Below are positions 41,374 through 49,671 of a DNA stretch of 64,000 nucleotides, piece after piece. A model generated the notes under the pieces. That model did not search any database and was not told the origin of the DNA. It saw only the letters and a program-made list of their open reading frames with translations. The stretch comes from Nocardioides sp. (GTDB taxonomy: Bacteria > Actinomycetota > Actinomycetes > Propionibacteriales > Nocardioidaceae), in the NCBI RefSeq assembly GCF_036493135.1, contig NZ_DASXQG010000051.1, positions 5,785-69,784 on the forward strand. Reading direction: 5' to 3'. How positions within the stretch are numbered: the stretch's first letter is position 1; each line of letters starts with the position of its first letter. Made by a program: the position numbers and the translations under genes.

Positions 41374-41856
41374 TCAGATCTCGAACGCGGGGGTGCCGAA
41401 CGTCTGCTCGTCGGCGAGCTTGAGGGAGACACGGTAGAAGCCGGTGGGCAGGTCGGGGAACTCGAATCGCCCGGTGTCGGCGGCCATCCCCTCGAAGGTG
41501 CGGCCATCGCCGCCGACCTCGTGGATCTGCACCGGACCGCTCGCGGCCGGGACGACCCAGCCGTCGAGCCGCGCGCGGCCCTCCTCCTCGGATACGCCGA
41601 CGCGGACAAGGAGGTCGATGCCTTCGCCGCCGAAGCGCAGCGTGTAGGACCGCGCGCCACCGCGCGTGCCGACCAGCTCGGCGAAGCGCTCGACGACGAG
41701 CAGCATCTGGAGCTCGAGGTCCGGGTCGTGGTCGGCGATGTCGCGGGTCACGGCCACCATCCGCTCGACCATGCCGTCAGGGACGGGGTCGATGGCATCG
41801 GTCGCGCGGCGTACCTCGGCGAAGAGTTGCTCGTCCTGGAGGTGCGGATCGGTCAT
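41374..41856 (-). CDS. 160-aa protein: acidic helical N-half plus CarboxypepD_reg-like beta-sandwich C-half
   Basis: ORF 41374..41856 with a strong SD (CCAGGAGG-N6-ATG). The C-terminus LDGWVVPAASGPVQIHEVGGDGRTFEGMAADTGRFEFPDLPTGFYRVSL fits the carboxypeptidase-regulatory-like pattern. Confidence 0.65.
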   Translation of the reverse strand: MTDPHLQDEQLFAEVRRATDAIDPVPDGMVERMVAVTRDIADHDPDLELQMLLVVERFAELVGTRGGARSYTLRFGGEGIDLLVRVGVSEEEGRARLDGWVVPAASGPVQIHEVGGDGRTFEGMAADTGRFEFPDLPTGFYRVSLKLADEQTFGTPAFEI

Positions 41857-42089
41857 CGGATGCCTCCTGGGGACGTCGCTGGGCGATCAAGATCCTCGCA
41901 GGAGCATGGCGGAGCAGTCCGTCGCCGACAATGCCGACCGATGGGTCGGGCGGGCGCAGGCTGGGTCATCGGTGCGAGGTTCACCGTCGTGCGGTCCTTG
42001 CTGTGGAGCCGGCGGGGCCGGCGGTATCGCGCTGTTGTGCGGCCGTTCAACCCCTAGGAGCGCCGACGTCCTCCCCTGATACACCCCGG

Positions 42090-42095
42090 TAGCCT
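42090..42095 (+). promoter_or_regulatory. -10-like TAGCCT, 7 nt upstream of GTG 42103
   Basis: TANNNT-CGTCGCC-GTG. Confidence 0.3.
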
Positions 42096-42102
42096 CGTCG
42101 CC

Positions 42103-43251
42103 GTGGTCCCCACCGTCCGCCCGATCTCCGCCGACGAGCATCGCGCGTTCATCGCTGCGCAGCCATGGGCGAGCTTCCTGCAGACACCGGCGTGGGCGAC
42201 GGTCAAGTCCGAGTGGCGGGGCGAGTCGCTGGGCTGGTACGACGGCGAGCGGCTGGTCGGCGCGGGACTCGTGCTCTACCGCAAGCTGCCCAGGCTGGCG
42301 CGCTACCTCGCGTACCTCCCGGAGGGTCCCGTGCTCGACTGGGCGAGCGAGGACCTCGGCGACTGGCTGAGCCCGATGACCGAGCACCTGAAGAAGCAGG
42401 GCGCCTTCGGCGTGCGGATGGGCCCGCCGGTGGTCACCCGCCGCTGGAGCGCCGACCAGGTCAAGGCCGGCATCGCCGACGACAGCGTCCGTAGCCTGAC
42501 CGAGGTCGCACCCCTCGTCCGCTCGGCGATCGGGGCCCGCGTCGTCCAGCAGCTCGAGGCGCTCGGCTGGCGACGACAGGTCGCCGAGGGCGGGTTCGCC
42601 GCGGGACAGCCGCAGTACACGTTCGTCATCCCCCTGGTCGACGACGACGGCGCGCGTCGTACCGAGGACGACGTGCTCGCCGGCATGAACCAGCTCTGGC
42701 GGCGCAACATCCGCAAGGCCGACAAGGCCGGTGTCGTGATCTCGACCGGGAGCGCCGAGGACCTGAAGGCGTTCCACGACCTCTACGTGCACACCGCAGA
42801 GCGTGATCACTTCACGCCGCGGCCGCTGACCTACTTCGAGACGATGTACGACGCACTCGTCGCGGAGGACCCGGGCCGGATCACCCTCTGGCTGGCCCAC
42901 CACGAGGGCGACCTCGTCGGGGCCACCCTCGCGGTCCGCGTCGGACGACACGCGTGGTACTCCTATGGCGCCTCCTCGACCGACAAGCGCGAGGTCCGCG
43001 GCTCGAACGCCGTGCAGTGGGCGATGATCCGCGACGCGATCGCCCAGGGCGCCGAGGTCTACGACCTGCGCGGCATCACCGACACCCTCGATGCCGACGA
43101 CCCCCACATCGGGTTGATCCAGTTCAAGACCGGTACCGGCGGCGAGGCCGTCGAGACGGTCGGCGAGTGGGATCTTCCGCTCAACCGCACTCTCTACAAG
43201 GGATTCGCGCTCTACCTGAACCGACGCTCCCTGATCCCGGGCCGCAGATGA
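42103..43251 (+). CDS. FemAB-family peptidoglycan interpeptide-bridge aminoacyltransferase
   Basis: ORF 42103..43251. Has FLQTPAWATVKSEW, NQLWRRNIRKADKAGV, HAWYSYGASSTDKREVRGSNAVQW, and GLIQFKTGTGG. Confidence 0.8.
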   Translation: MVPTVRPISADEHRAFIAAQPWASFLQTPAWATVKSEWRGESLGWYDGERLVGAGLVLYRKLPRLARYLAYLPEGPVLDWASEDLGDWLSPMTEHLKKQGAFGVRMGPPVVTRRWSADQVKAGIADDSVRSLTEVAPLVRSAIGARVVQQLEALGWRRQVAEGGFAAGQPQYTFVIPLVDDDGARRTEDDVLAGMNQLWRRNIRKADKAGVVISTGSAEDLKAFHDLYVHTAERDHFTPRPLTYFETMYDALVAEDPGRITLWLAHHEGDLVGATLAVRVGRHAWYSYGASSTDKREVRGSNAVQWAMIRDAIAQGAEVYDLRGITDTLDADDPHIGLIQFKTGTGGEAVETVGEWDLPLNRTLYKGFALYLNRRSLIPGRR

Positions 43252-44297
43252 GCCTCACCTTCACCGTCGACGGCGACCGCTGGCGACGACACCTCCGCAC
43301 GGTCGCCGACCAGACGCCGGGCCTGGTCCCGGTCGCCAAGGGCAACGGCTACGGCTTCGGCCTCGGCCGGCTGGCCCGCAAGGCCGAGTGGCTCGGCGCC
43401 GACACCCTCGCGGTCGGCACCTACGAGGAGCTGCCCGACGTGGCGCAGCGCTTCGGCGGCGATCTCCTGGTCCTCACCCCGTGGCGCCCGACCGCCTCGC
43501 CGGTCCCGGACGACCTCCCGCGTCGGCGCGTCATCCACACCGTGAGCCGGCTCGCGGACCTGCTCGCGCTCCTCGACCACGACCCCGATGCCCGCGTCGT
43601 GCTCGAGCGGATGACCAGCATGCTCCGGCACGGGATGTCGACCGAGGAGCTGCGCTCGGCTGCTCAGCTCCTCGAGCGACGGCCGGCCACGGTCGAGGGC
43701 GTCGCCTTCCACCTCCCCCTCGCCGCCGGCGCCCACCTCACCGAGGTCGTCGGGCTGGTCAACGACGTGGTCGCCTCCGGACTGTCGACGCGTCGGCTGT
43801 GGGTGAGCCACCTGACCCCGCGCGAGCTCGCGTCGCTGCGCACGTCGTACGCCGACTTCGAGGTGCGGCCGCGGATCGGCACCGACCTCTGGCTCGGCGA
43901 CCGCGGCGCCTTGACGGTCACCGCCACCGTGCTCGATGTCCACGAGGTCGAACGCGGCGACGTGTTCGGCTACCGCGGGCGTACGGCGCCGAAGGCCGGC
44001 CACATCCTGGTCGTCTCCGGAGGCACCGCCCACGGCATCGGCCTCGAGGCGCCCACCGGTGACCACTCGATCCGTGCCCGGGCGGCGACCCTGGCCCGCG
44101 GCGGACTCGACGCGGTCGGCTTCGTGCGGTCTCCGTTCACCGTCGACGGGAAGCAGCGGTTGTTCGCCGAGCCGCCCCACATGCAGGCCTCGATGCTGTT
44201 CCTCCCGCACGGTCCGCGGGTCCCGGCCGTCGGCGACGAGATCGACGTCCGGGTGCGCTACACCGCCACCACCTTCGACGCGGTCGTCATCGCCTGA
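43248..44297 (+). CDS. Alanine-racemase-fold PLP enzyme (racemase-like)
   Basis: ATG 43248 overlaps the FemAB stop (ATGA). PVAKGNGYGFG matches the racemase PLP-lysine motif (vKanaYGhG). The C-terminal beta-domain has GDVFGYRG. Confidence 0.65.
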   Translation: MSLTFTVDGDRWRRHLRTVADQTPGLVPVAKGNGYGFGLGRLARKAEWLGADTLAVGTYEELPDVAQRFGGDLLVLTPWRPTASPVPDDLPRRRVIHTVSRLADLLALLDHDPDARVVLERMTSMLRHGMSTEELRSAAQLLERRPATVEGVAFHLPLAAGAHLTEVVGLVNDVVASGLSTRRLWVSHLTPRELASLRTSYADFEVRPRIGTDLWLGDRGALTVTATVLDVHEVERGDVFGYRGRTAPKAGHILVVSGGTAHGIGLEAPTGDHSIRARAATLARGGLDAVGFVRSPFTVDGKQRLFAEPPHMQASMLFLPHGPRVPAVGDEIDVRVRYTATTFDAVVIA

Positions 44298-44925
44298 CTC
44301 CGCCGCGTCGCGGGAGCCCGGTCCACGGCAGGGTGATCAGCGCCCAGCCGACCAGGATGATCGCCATCTCGGCCACGACGTACACCGGCCACGGGCCGAG
44401 GACGTCGAGCACCGTCGCCTCCGACGGCTTGCCGTTGACGTAGCCGTAGTTGGAGCCGAGCACGGCGTTCAGGCAGAGGACGACCACCAGCCAGACGAAC
44501 GTCCACCCCACCGCCCGCCGGTACGACGACCAGTCCGGACCGTGCCGGAGCGCCAGGCACAGGTAGACGGCGCCCCACACGATCAGCACGTGCTTGCCCC
44601 AGAACACGAAGAAGTTCGGGTCGGGGAACGCCTGGGTCAGGGTCGGCTGCACCAGCGCCTGCACCGACAGGGTCAGGCCCCAGTAGTAGGTCAGCGCCGT
44701 CGCCAGCGGACGTCGGGTGAGCAAGGCCCACGCGACGAAGACCCACGCGATGTCGCAGATCTGCAGCGGCAGCGAGTGATGAACGCGGAACGGGAACAGG
44801 CCGAGCACCGACGAGACCACCCCGAAGACCAGGTTGCCCCAGGCGAGCACGACCGAGACCTGCCGCTCCCGAGGAGTGCCGCGCAGCCGCGGACCGGCCA
44901 CCAGCAGCCCGATCGTCCCGGCCAC
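44287..44925 (-). CDS. Integral membrane protein, YwaF/TIGR02206-like
   Basis: ORF 44287..44925 with a GTG start. See the finding on its start codon. Multi-TM, with LPLQICDIAW and FFVFWGKHVLIVWGAVYL. Confidence 0.65.
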   Translation of the reverse strand: MAGTIGLLVAGPRLRGTPRERQVSVVLAWGNLVFGVVSSVLGLFPFRVHHSLPLQICDIAWVFVAWALLTRRPLATALTYYWGLTLSVQALVQPTLTQAFPDPNFFVFWGKHVLIVWGAVYLCLALRHGPDWSSYRRAVGWTFVWLVVVLCLNAVLGSNYGYVNGKPSEATVLDVLGPWPVYVVAEMAIILVGWALITLPWTGLPRRGGVRR

Positions 44926-44997
44926 GAAGAGCGCGAGGACGACCAGGTGCGACGGCGAGTACGGCGTGAACGTGGCGGGCTCCCTCCCCGGGTGGAC

Positions 44998-46494
44998 CTA
45001 GCCTCCGCCGGGTGCCCGGCCCAGCGTCAACCGCCCCGGCTCGGTCGGTGGCCAGAACGAGTGCCGGGCCCAGGCCGGCCGGCGGGTGCGGACCACGTCG
45101 TACTCCGGCATCAGGATGTCGCGCACCACGATCACGGCGAGGTAGAGCTGTGCGGCCATCCGGATGCCGACCGCGAGCCAGTAGAACCCGGGATCGCCTC
45201 CGCCGCCCGGGTTGAGGTAGGTGCCGAGGTACCACCAGACCGACGCGAAGTAGTAGATCTCACCGGCCTGCCAGATGAGCTGGTCGCGCCAACGCGGCCG
45301 CGCCATCACCGCGAGCGGCAGCAGCCACAGCGCGTACTGGGGTGAGTAGACCTTGTTCACCAGCAGGAAGCCGACCACGACCAGGAAGCCGAGCTGCGCC
45401 AGCCGTGGCGTCTGCGGCGCCCACACGCCGAGCGCCGCCACCCCCACGCACCAGACCCCGAAGATGATCCACGACGCGAGGTTGATCGTGGGCGACGAGA
45501 ACGTCGTGCCGGCCATCTGCTGGAGCACCAGCCATCCCGAACCCAGGTCGGCACCGCGGTGCTTGTTGTAGGTCCAGAAGACGCTCCACTCGTGGTGGCC
45601 CGACAGGTACGCCGGCGCGTTCACCAGCGCCCAGGTGACCGCGCCGGTCCCGGTGGCGACGGCCAGGTCCCGCCATCGGCGCTCCCGCCCCCAGATCACC
45701 AGCAACCCGCCGAGGAGGAACAACGGGTAGAGCTTGAAGGCGGTGCCCAGGCCGATCAGGAGACCGGTGAGACCCGGGCGGTCGCGCGCCTGCGCCCAGA
45801 GCGCACCGGCCACGCAGGCCACGGCCAGGAGATCCCAGTTGATCAGGCCCTCGAACAGCAGGACCGGCGAGAGCGCGAACAGCGCGGCGTCCCATGGTCG
45901 TCGCCGGTTGACGCCGGTGAGCGCCCACGCGGCGAGCAGCGCGCAGATGCCGAACCCGACCGAGCTCACGGCGGTGAAGAGCATGCTCTCGCGGACCACC
46001 TCGTGGTCGGCGTACAGCTGGCCCTGCGACATGGCACCGCGTGCGGCGAGGTCGGGCGAGCCCTTGAGCCAATGCGTCACGTATGCCGTGGCGTAGGCGT
46101 AGTAGGAGATCCCCACCGGGTACTCCATCACGTCGTACCGGTCGCGCACCTGGATGGAGTTCGAGTAGGGCCAGTCCAGCTCGGCGAAGCCGCGCCCGAC
46201 GTACAGATAGGGGAGGTCGGAGTAGCACATCTCCGAGTAGCGGCTCTGGCTGTTGGTCCACTGCGCGTCGTAGCACGGCGCCTTCTGCACCATGCCCAGC
46301 GAGAAGCAGATCGCGGTCAGGACGAGGATGACCCGCACCGGCGTCCACCAGGGATGTCGCCCGACGTGCTCGCCCGCCGGGCCGCCGATGCCGGGGCTCA
46401 GCGCTGCGACGAAGGGGTCGTCGGCCGTCGGCCGGACTGCCGGCCCGCGGTCGCCACCCTCACCCGTCACAAGTCGGTCACCACCAGGGCTCAC
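44998..46494 (-). CDS. GT87/DUF2029-family membrane glycosyltransferase (Rv0051-like)
   Basis: ORF 44998..46494. Polytopic and Trp/Tyr-rich (FKLYPLFLLGG, VYSPQYALWLLPL). Conserved position next to ponA. Confidence 0.7.
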   Translation of the reverse strand: MSPGGDRLVTGEGGDRGPAVRPTADDPFVAALSPGIGGPAGEHVGRHPWWTPVRVILVLTAICFSLGMVQKAPCYDAQWTNSQSRYSEMCYSDLPYLYVGRGFAELDWPYSNSIQVRDRYDVMEYPVGISYYAYATAYVTHWLKGSPDLAARGAMSQGQLYADHEVVRESMLFTAVSSVGFGICALLAAWALTGVNRRRPWDAALFALSPVLLFEGLINWDLLAVACVAGALWAQARDRPGLTGLLIGLGTAFKLYPLFLLGGLLVIWGRERRWRDLAVATGTGAVTWALVNAPAYLSGHHEWSVFWTYNKHRGADLGSGWLVLQQMAGTTFSSPTINLASWIIFGVWCVGVAALGVWAPQTPRLAQLGFLVVVGFLLVNKVYSPQYALWLLPLAVMARPRWRDQLIWQAGEIYYFASVWWYLGTYLNPGGGGDPGFYWLAVGIRMAAQLYLAVIVVRDILMPEYDVVRTRRPAWARHSFWPPTEPGRLTLGRAPGGG

Positions 46495-48748
46495 GCGAGG
46501 ACATGACCACCGGCCGCGCGCTCGCGGGCGTTGTCGTCGGGGTCGTCGAACTCGACGGGCAGTTCACCGGCAGGCATGGCGTACCACTGCTGGTCGGCGC
46601 GGTCGACGTCGGCGCCGACGAGGTCGGGGCCGAGGAGGTCGGCTTGCTGGTCGGCGCGCTCGACGTCGTCGGTGCCGACGAGGTGTGGTGCGTGGTCGGG
46701 GGTGGAGGCGGCGGGGCCGGCTGGTGGTCGGTCTGCTTGGCCGGCACGTTGGCCGCCGGTGGGAACGACTCCACCGGCACACCTACGAGGTCTCGCTCCA
46801 TGACCGCTGCCCAGGTGGCCGTCGGGTAGCCGGCGCCGAAGTAGCCGGCCGCACCGTTGTACGGCGGGAGCCAGTCGTTGAGCGCGTTGTCGCCGTCTCC
46901 GCGGACGTACATCACCGCCGTGGCCATCTGTGGGGTGAATCCGGCGAACCAGGACGACGAGACGTCGCCGTTGTCGTTGGTGGCGGTGCCGGTCTTCCCG
47001 GCGGCCGGGCGGTTGATCGCCTGGGCGTTGGTCCCGGTGCCGTTCAGGACCACCTGCTGCATGGCATAGCTGACGTCGCGGTCGATGTCGGGCCGGATCG
47101 CCTCGGTGGTGTGCGGCTTGTACTGGTAGAGCACCTTGCCGGTGCTGTCGGTGACCTTGTTGATGACGTGGACGTCGGCACGCTGGCCGCCATTGGCGAT
47201 CGTGGCGTAGGTGTTGGCCATGTTGATCGCGCTGATCCGGGCCTTGCCCAACGTGATCAGCGCGTCCGCGTCGAGGTCGCGCGTGGAGTTGGGGATGCCC
47301 GGGTAGTGGGGGTCGGGGTCGCTGGGCGGGATCCCCATCCTGTTGCCCATCGTGAGGATCTTCTGCGGACCGTCCTTCATGCTCGCGGACATGTCGACGA
47401 ACGCGGTGTTGATCGAGTCCTCCATCGCCGTCACGGACGAGACGCTCGAGCCGTAGTTGGTTCCGGTGCCCTCACCCTCGTTGTGGACCTCGAGACCGTC
47501 GGGGAAGGTGTACGGCGAGTTGCCCTCCCAGGTGCTCTTCAGCGAGTACCCGTCGGTGATCGCCGCGGCCAGCGAGACCGGCTTGAACGTCGAGCCGACC
47601 ATGCCGCCGGCCTCGGCCCAGTTGATCTGCGAACGCAGGTAGTTCTGCCCGGCGAAGAAGCCGAGCAGCGCCCCCGTGCCCGGCTGGACGGTCGCCACGG
47701 CGACGTGCAGCTGGCGGTCGCTGATGTCCGGCCGGACCTGCTTGACCCCCGCGAGCGCTGCGTCCATCGCCTTCTTCGTCAGCGTCGTGTAGACCCGCAG
47801 TCCGCCACCGTCGATCTGGTCGTCGGTGAAGTCCAGGTCGTGCAGCTGCTGCCGCACCAGGGACAGCATGTGGCCCCTCTGTCCGGCGTACCTGCTGGAC
47901 TCCTTGAACACCGGGAACTTCGGCAGGTGCTTCTCCGCCTTGGTGGCCTTGGCCTCCGAGATCGTGTGCATCGACCCCATCCCGCCCAGCACGTAGCGGT
48001 AGCGCGCCAGCAGCGCCTCCTTGTTGGACTTGCCGTTCGACGGGTCGTACTGCGACGGGTTGTTCAGGACGCTGGCGAGCACCGCGCTCTGCCGGAGTGA
48101 GAGCTGGTCGGCGTCGACGCCGAAGTACGCCTGGGCCGCAGCCTGGACGCCGTAGGCCCCTCGGCCGAAGTAGATCGTGTTGAGGTAGCCCTCGAGGATC
48201 TTCTGCTTGCTCAGCTGCTTCTGGAGCTTCAGCGACAGGATCGCCTCGTGCACCTTGCGGTCCAGCGACCGCTCCTGGGTCAGGTAGAGGATCTTCACGT
48301 ACTGCTGCGTGATCGTGGACGCGCCCTGGGTCGCACCACCGCGCGCGTCGTTGAACGCCGCCCGGATGATGCCCTTGGGGTCGATGCCGTGGTTAGTCCA
48401 GAACGTCCGGTCCTCGGCGGCCACGACGGCGTTCTGCAGCTGCTTGGGCATGTCGCCGAGCTGGATGATCTGCCGGTTCTGCGTGGCGTACTGACCGATC
48501 GCGGTCTTGCCGTCGCCGTAGTAGACGAACGACGACTGGGTCTGGAAGTCCTTGTTCGGGTCGGGGATCGACGTCGTCTTGTAGAGGTAGACGAAGACGC
48601 CGATCAGCATGAGAGTGCCGGCCAGCGCAACGATCAGGAACCACTTCAGAATCTTCAGCGCGCGCCGCTTGGCGGGGCTCCTGCCGGGGCCGGACGGCTT
48701 CGGCTTGCGCTTGACGGCCGGGCCTTCGGCCCTGCGCTTGGCGGTCAC
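46478..48748 (-). CDS. ponA: Class A penicillin-binding protein (GT51 transglycosylase + transpeptidase), PonA1-like
   Basis: ORF 46478..48748. Has EDRTFWTNHGID, GASTITQQYVK, STFK, and KTGTAT. The C-terminal tail is P/S/T-rich and low-complexity. Confidence 0.9.
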   Translation of the reverse strand: MTAKRRAEGPAVKRKPKPSGPGRSPAKRRALKILKWFLIVALAGTLMLIGVFVYLYKTTSIPDPNKDFQTQSSFVYYGDGKTAIGQYATQNRQIIQLGDMPKQLQNAVVAAEDRTFWTNHGIDPKGIIRAAFNDARGGATQGASTITQQYVKILYLTQERSLDRKVHEAILSLKLQKQLSKQKILEGYLNTIYFGRGAYGVQAAAQAYFGVDADQLSLRQSAVLASVLNNPSQYDPSNGKSNKEALLARYRYVLGGMGSMHTISEAKATKAEKHLPKFPVFKESSRYAGQRGHMLSLVRQQLHDLDFTDDQIDGGGLRVYTTLTKKAMDAALAGVKQVRPDISDRQLHVAVATVQPGTGALLGFFAGQNYLRSQINWAEAGGMVGSTFKPVSLAAAITDGYSLKSTWEGNSPYTFPDGLEVHNEGEGTGTNYGSSVSSVTAMEDSINTAFVDMSASMKDGPQKILTMGNRMGIPPSDPDPHYPGIPNSTRDLDADALITLGKARISAINMANTYATIANGGQRADVHVINKVTDSTGKVLYQYKPHTTEAIRPDIDRDVSYAMQQVVLNGTGTNAQAINRPAAGKTGTATNDNGDVSSSWFAGFTPQMATAVMYVRGDGDNALNDWLPPYNGAAGYFGAGYPTATWAAVMERDLVGVPVESFPPAANVPAKQTDHQPAPPPPPPTTHHTSSAPTTSSAPTSKPTSSAPTSSAPTSTAPTSSGTPCLPVNCPSSSTTPTTTPASARPVVMSSREPWW

Positions 48749-49023
48749 GGATCACTCCACGTGCGTCGGGGAAACAGTGCTCAGCGACGGCGCGGGGCCC
48801 GGGCGGACCCGTGGTCGTGCCACAGCAGCCCCCGCCGTCGGGTCGAGGGTACGGGGCGGGCCCGAAGGGGGCCGAAACGACGCGAGTTTGATCCGCGATA
48901 TATCGTGCTGATACGTTGGCGCGATAGAACGCAGCGACACAACGTTGCGAGGCATAACGCCCACCCCGAGTCCCGAGTCCTCAACGGGGTGGGTCGGCAC
49001 GAGACAGACGGAGGGAGGCGACC

Positions 49024-49644
49024 ATGGCACGCAAGGCGGCATCGCTCGAGCTGGCCGTGCTCGGCCTGCTCCACGAGTCTCCACTGCATGGCTACGAGCT
49101 GCGCAAGCGGCTCAACCTGCTGCTCGGCTGGGGCCGGCTGCTCTCCTACGGCTCGCTGTACCACGCTCTGAAGCGGCTGTTGCGGGCCGGTCTGATCAAC
49201 GAGGTCACCGCGACGACACCGGGCGTCTCGCGTCGCCAGCGGATCGTCTACCAGATCACCGCCGCCGGCCAGCAGTACTTCGGCGAGCAGATCACCGACA
49301 CCGGTCCGGCCGCGTGGGAGGACGACTCCTTCAACATGAGGTTCGCCTTCTTCTCCCGCACCGACACCGAGGTCCGGCTGCGCATTCTCGAGGGGCGCCT
49401 GTCCCGTTTGCAGGAACGGCTCGACCGCGCCCGCCACTCAGGCCGGGGTGGCAGCGGCGACGACCGCTACCTGTCCGAGCTGCGCCGCCACTCCATCGAG
49501 TCCGTCGAGCGCGAGGTCACCTGGCTGACTGACCTCATCAACGCCGAGCGTGCCACCGACCGGTCCCTCGACGGGCCGCCTGGGGCTCCCGCAACAGAGG
49601 ACACCATCACGAGCGCGGCCCCTGCGGCCGACGCGACCACCTGA
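49024..49644 (+). CDS. PadR family transcriptional regulator (Rv0047c-like)
   Basis: ORF 49024..49644 with SD GGAGGGAGG. LAVLGLLHESPLHGYELRKRL...SYGSLYHALKRL. Confidence 0.85.
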   Translation: MARKAASLELAVLGLLHESPLHGYELRKRLNLLLGWGRLLSYGSLYHALKRLLRAGLINEVTATTPGVSRRQRIVYQITAAGQQYFGEQITDTGPAAWEDDSFNMRFAFFSRTDTEVRLRILEGRLSRLQERLDRARHSGRGGSGDDRYLSELRRHSIESVEREVTWLTDLINAERATDRSLDGPPGAPATEDTITSAAPAADATT

Positions 49645-49671
49645 AACACCGCAAGGGAAGGAACAACCCCC

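Noticed and set aside
41374-41856. Whether the 160-aa first gene of the protease operon is a bacterial gasdermin
   Set aside because: It is too short (gasdermins are about 240-300 aa). It lacks an N-terminal Cys or the typical pattern, and its C-half looks like a CarboxypepD_reg beta-sandwich. I cannot support a gasdermin call.
41853-42050. 65-aa minus-strand ORF in the region upstream of the protease operon
   Set aside because: It is Arg-rich with non-coding-like composition, overlaps the SD/start of gene 41374..41856, and has no motif.
37242-42058. ACCCCTAG(A/G) motifs at 37242-37250 and 42050-42058 as direct repeats (att-like) bracketing the CHAT/S8 operon
   Set aside because: The match is only 8-9 nt. 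The same CCCCTAGA string occurs upstream of the tandem paralogs (50872, 51855), where it overlaps a -10-like TAGATT. No integrase or tRNA is nearby, and there is no visible compositional shift.
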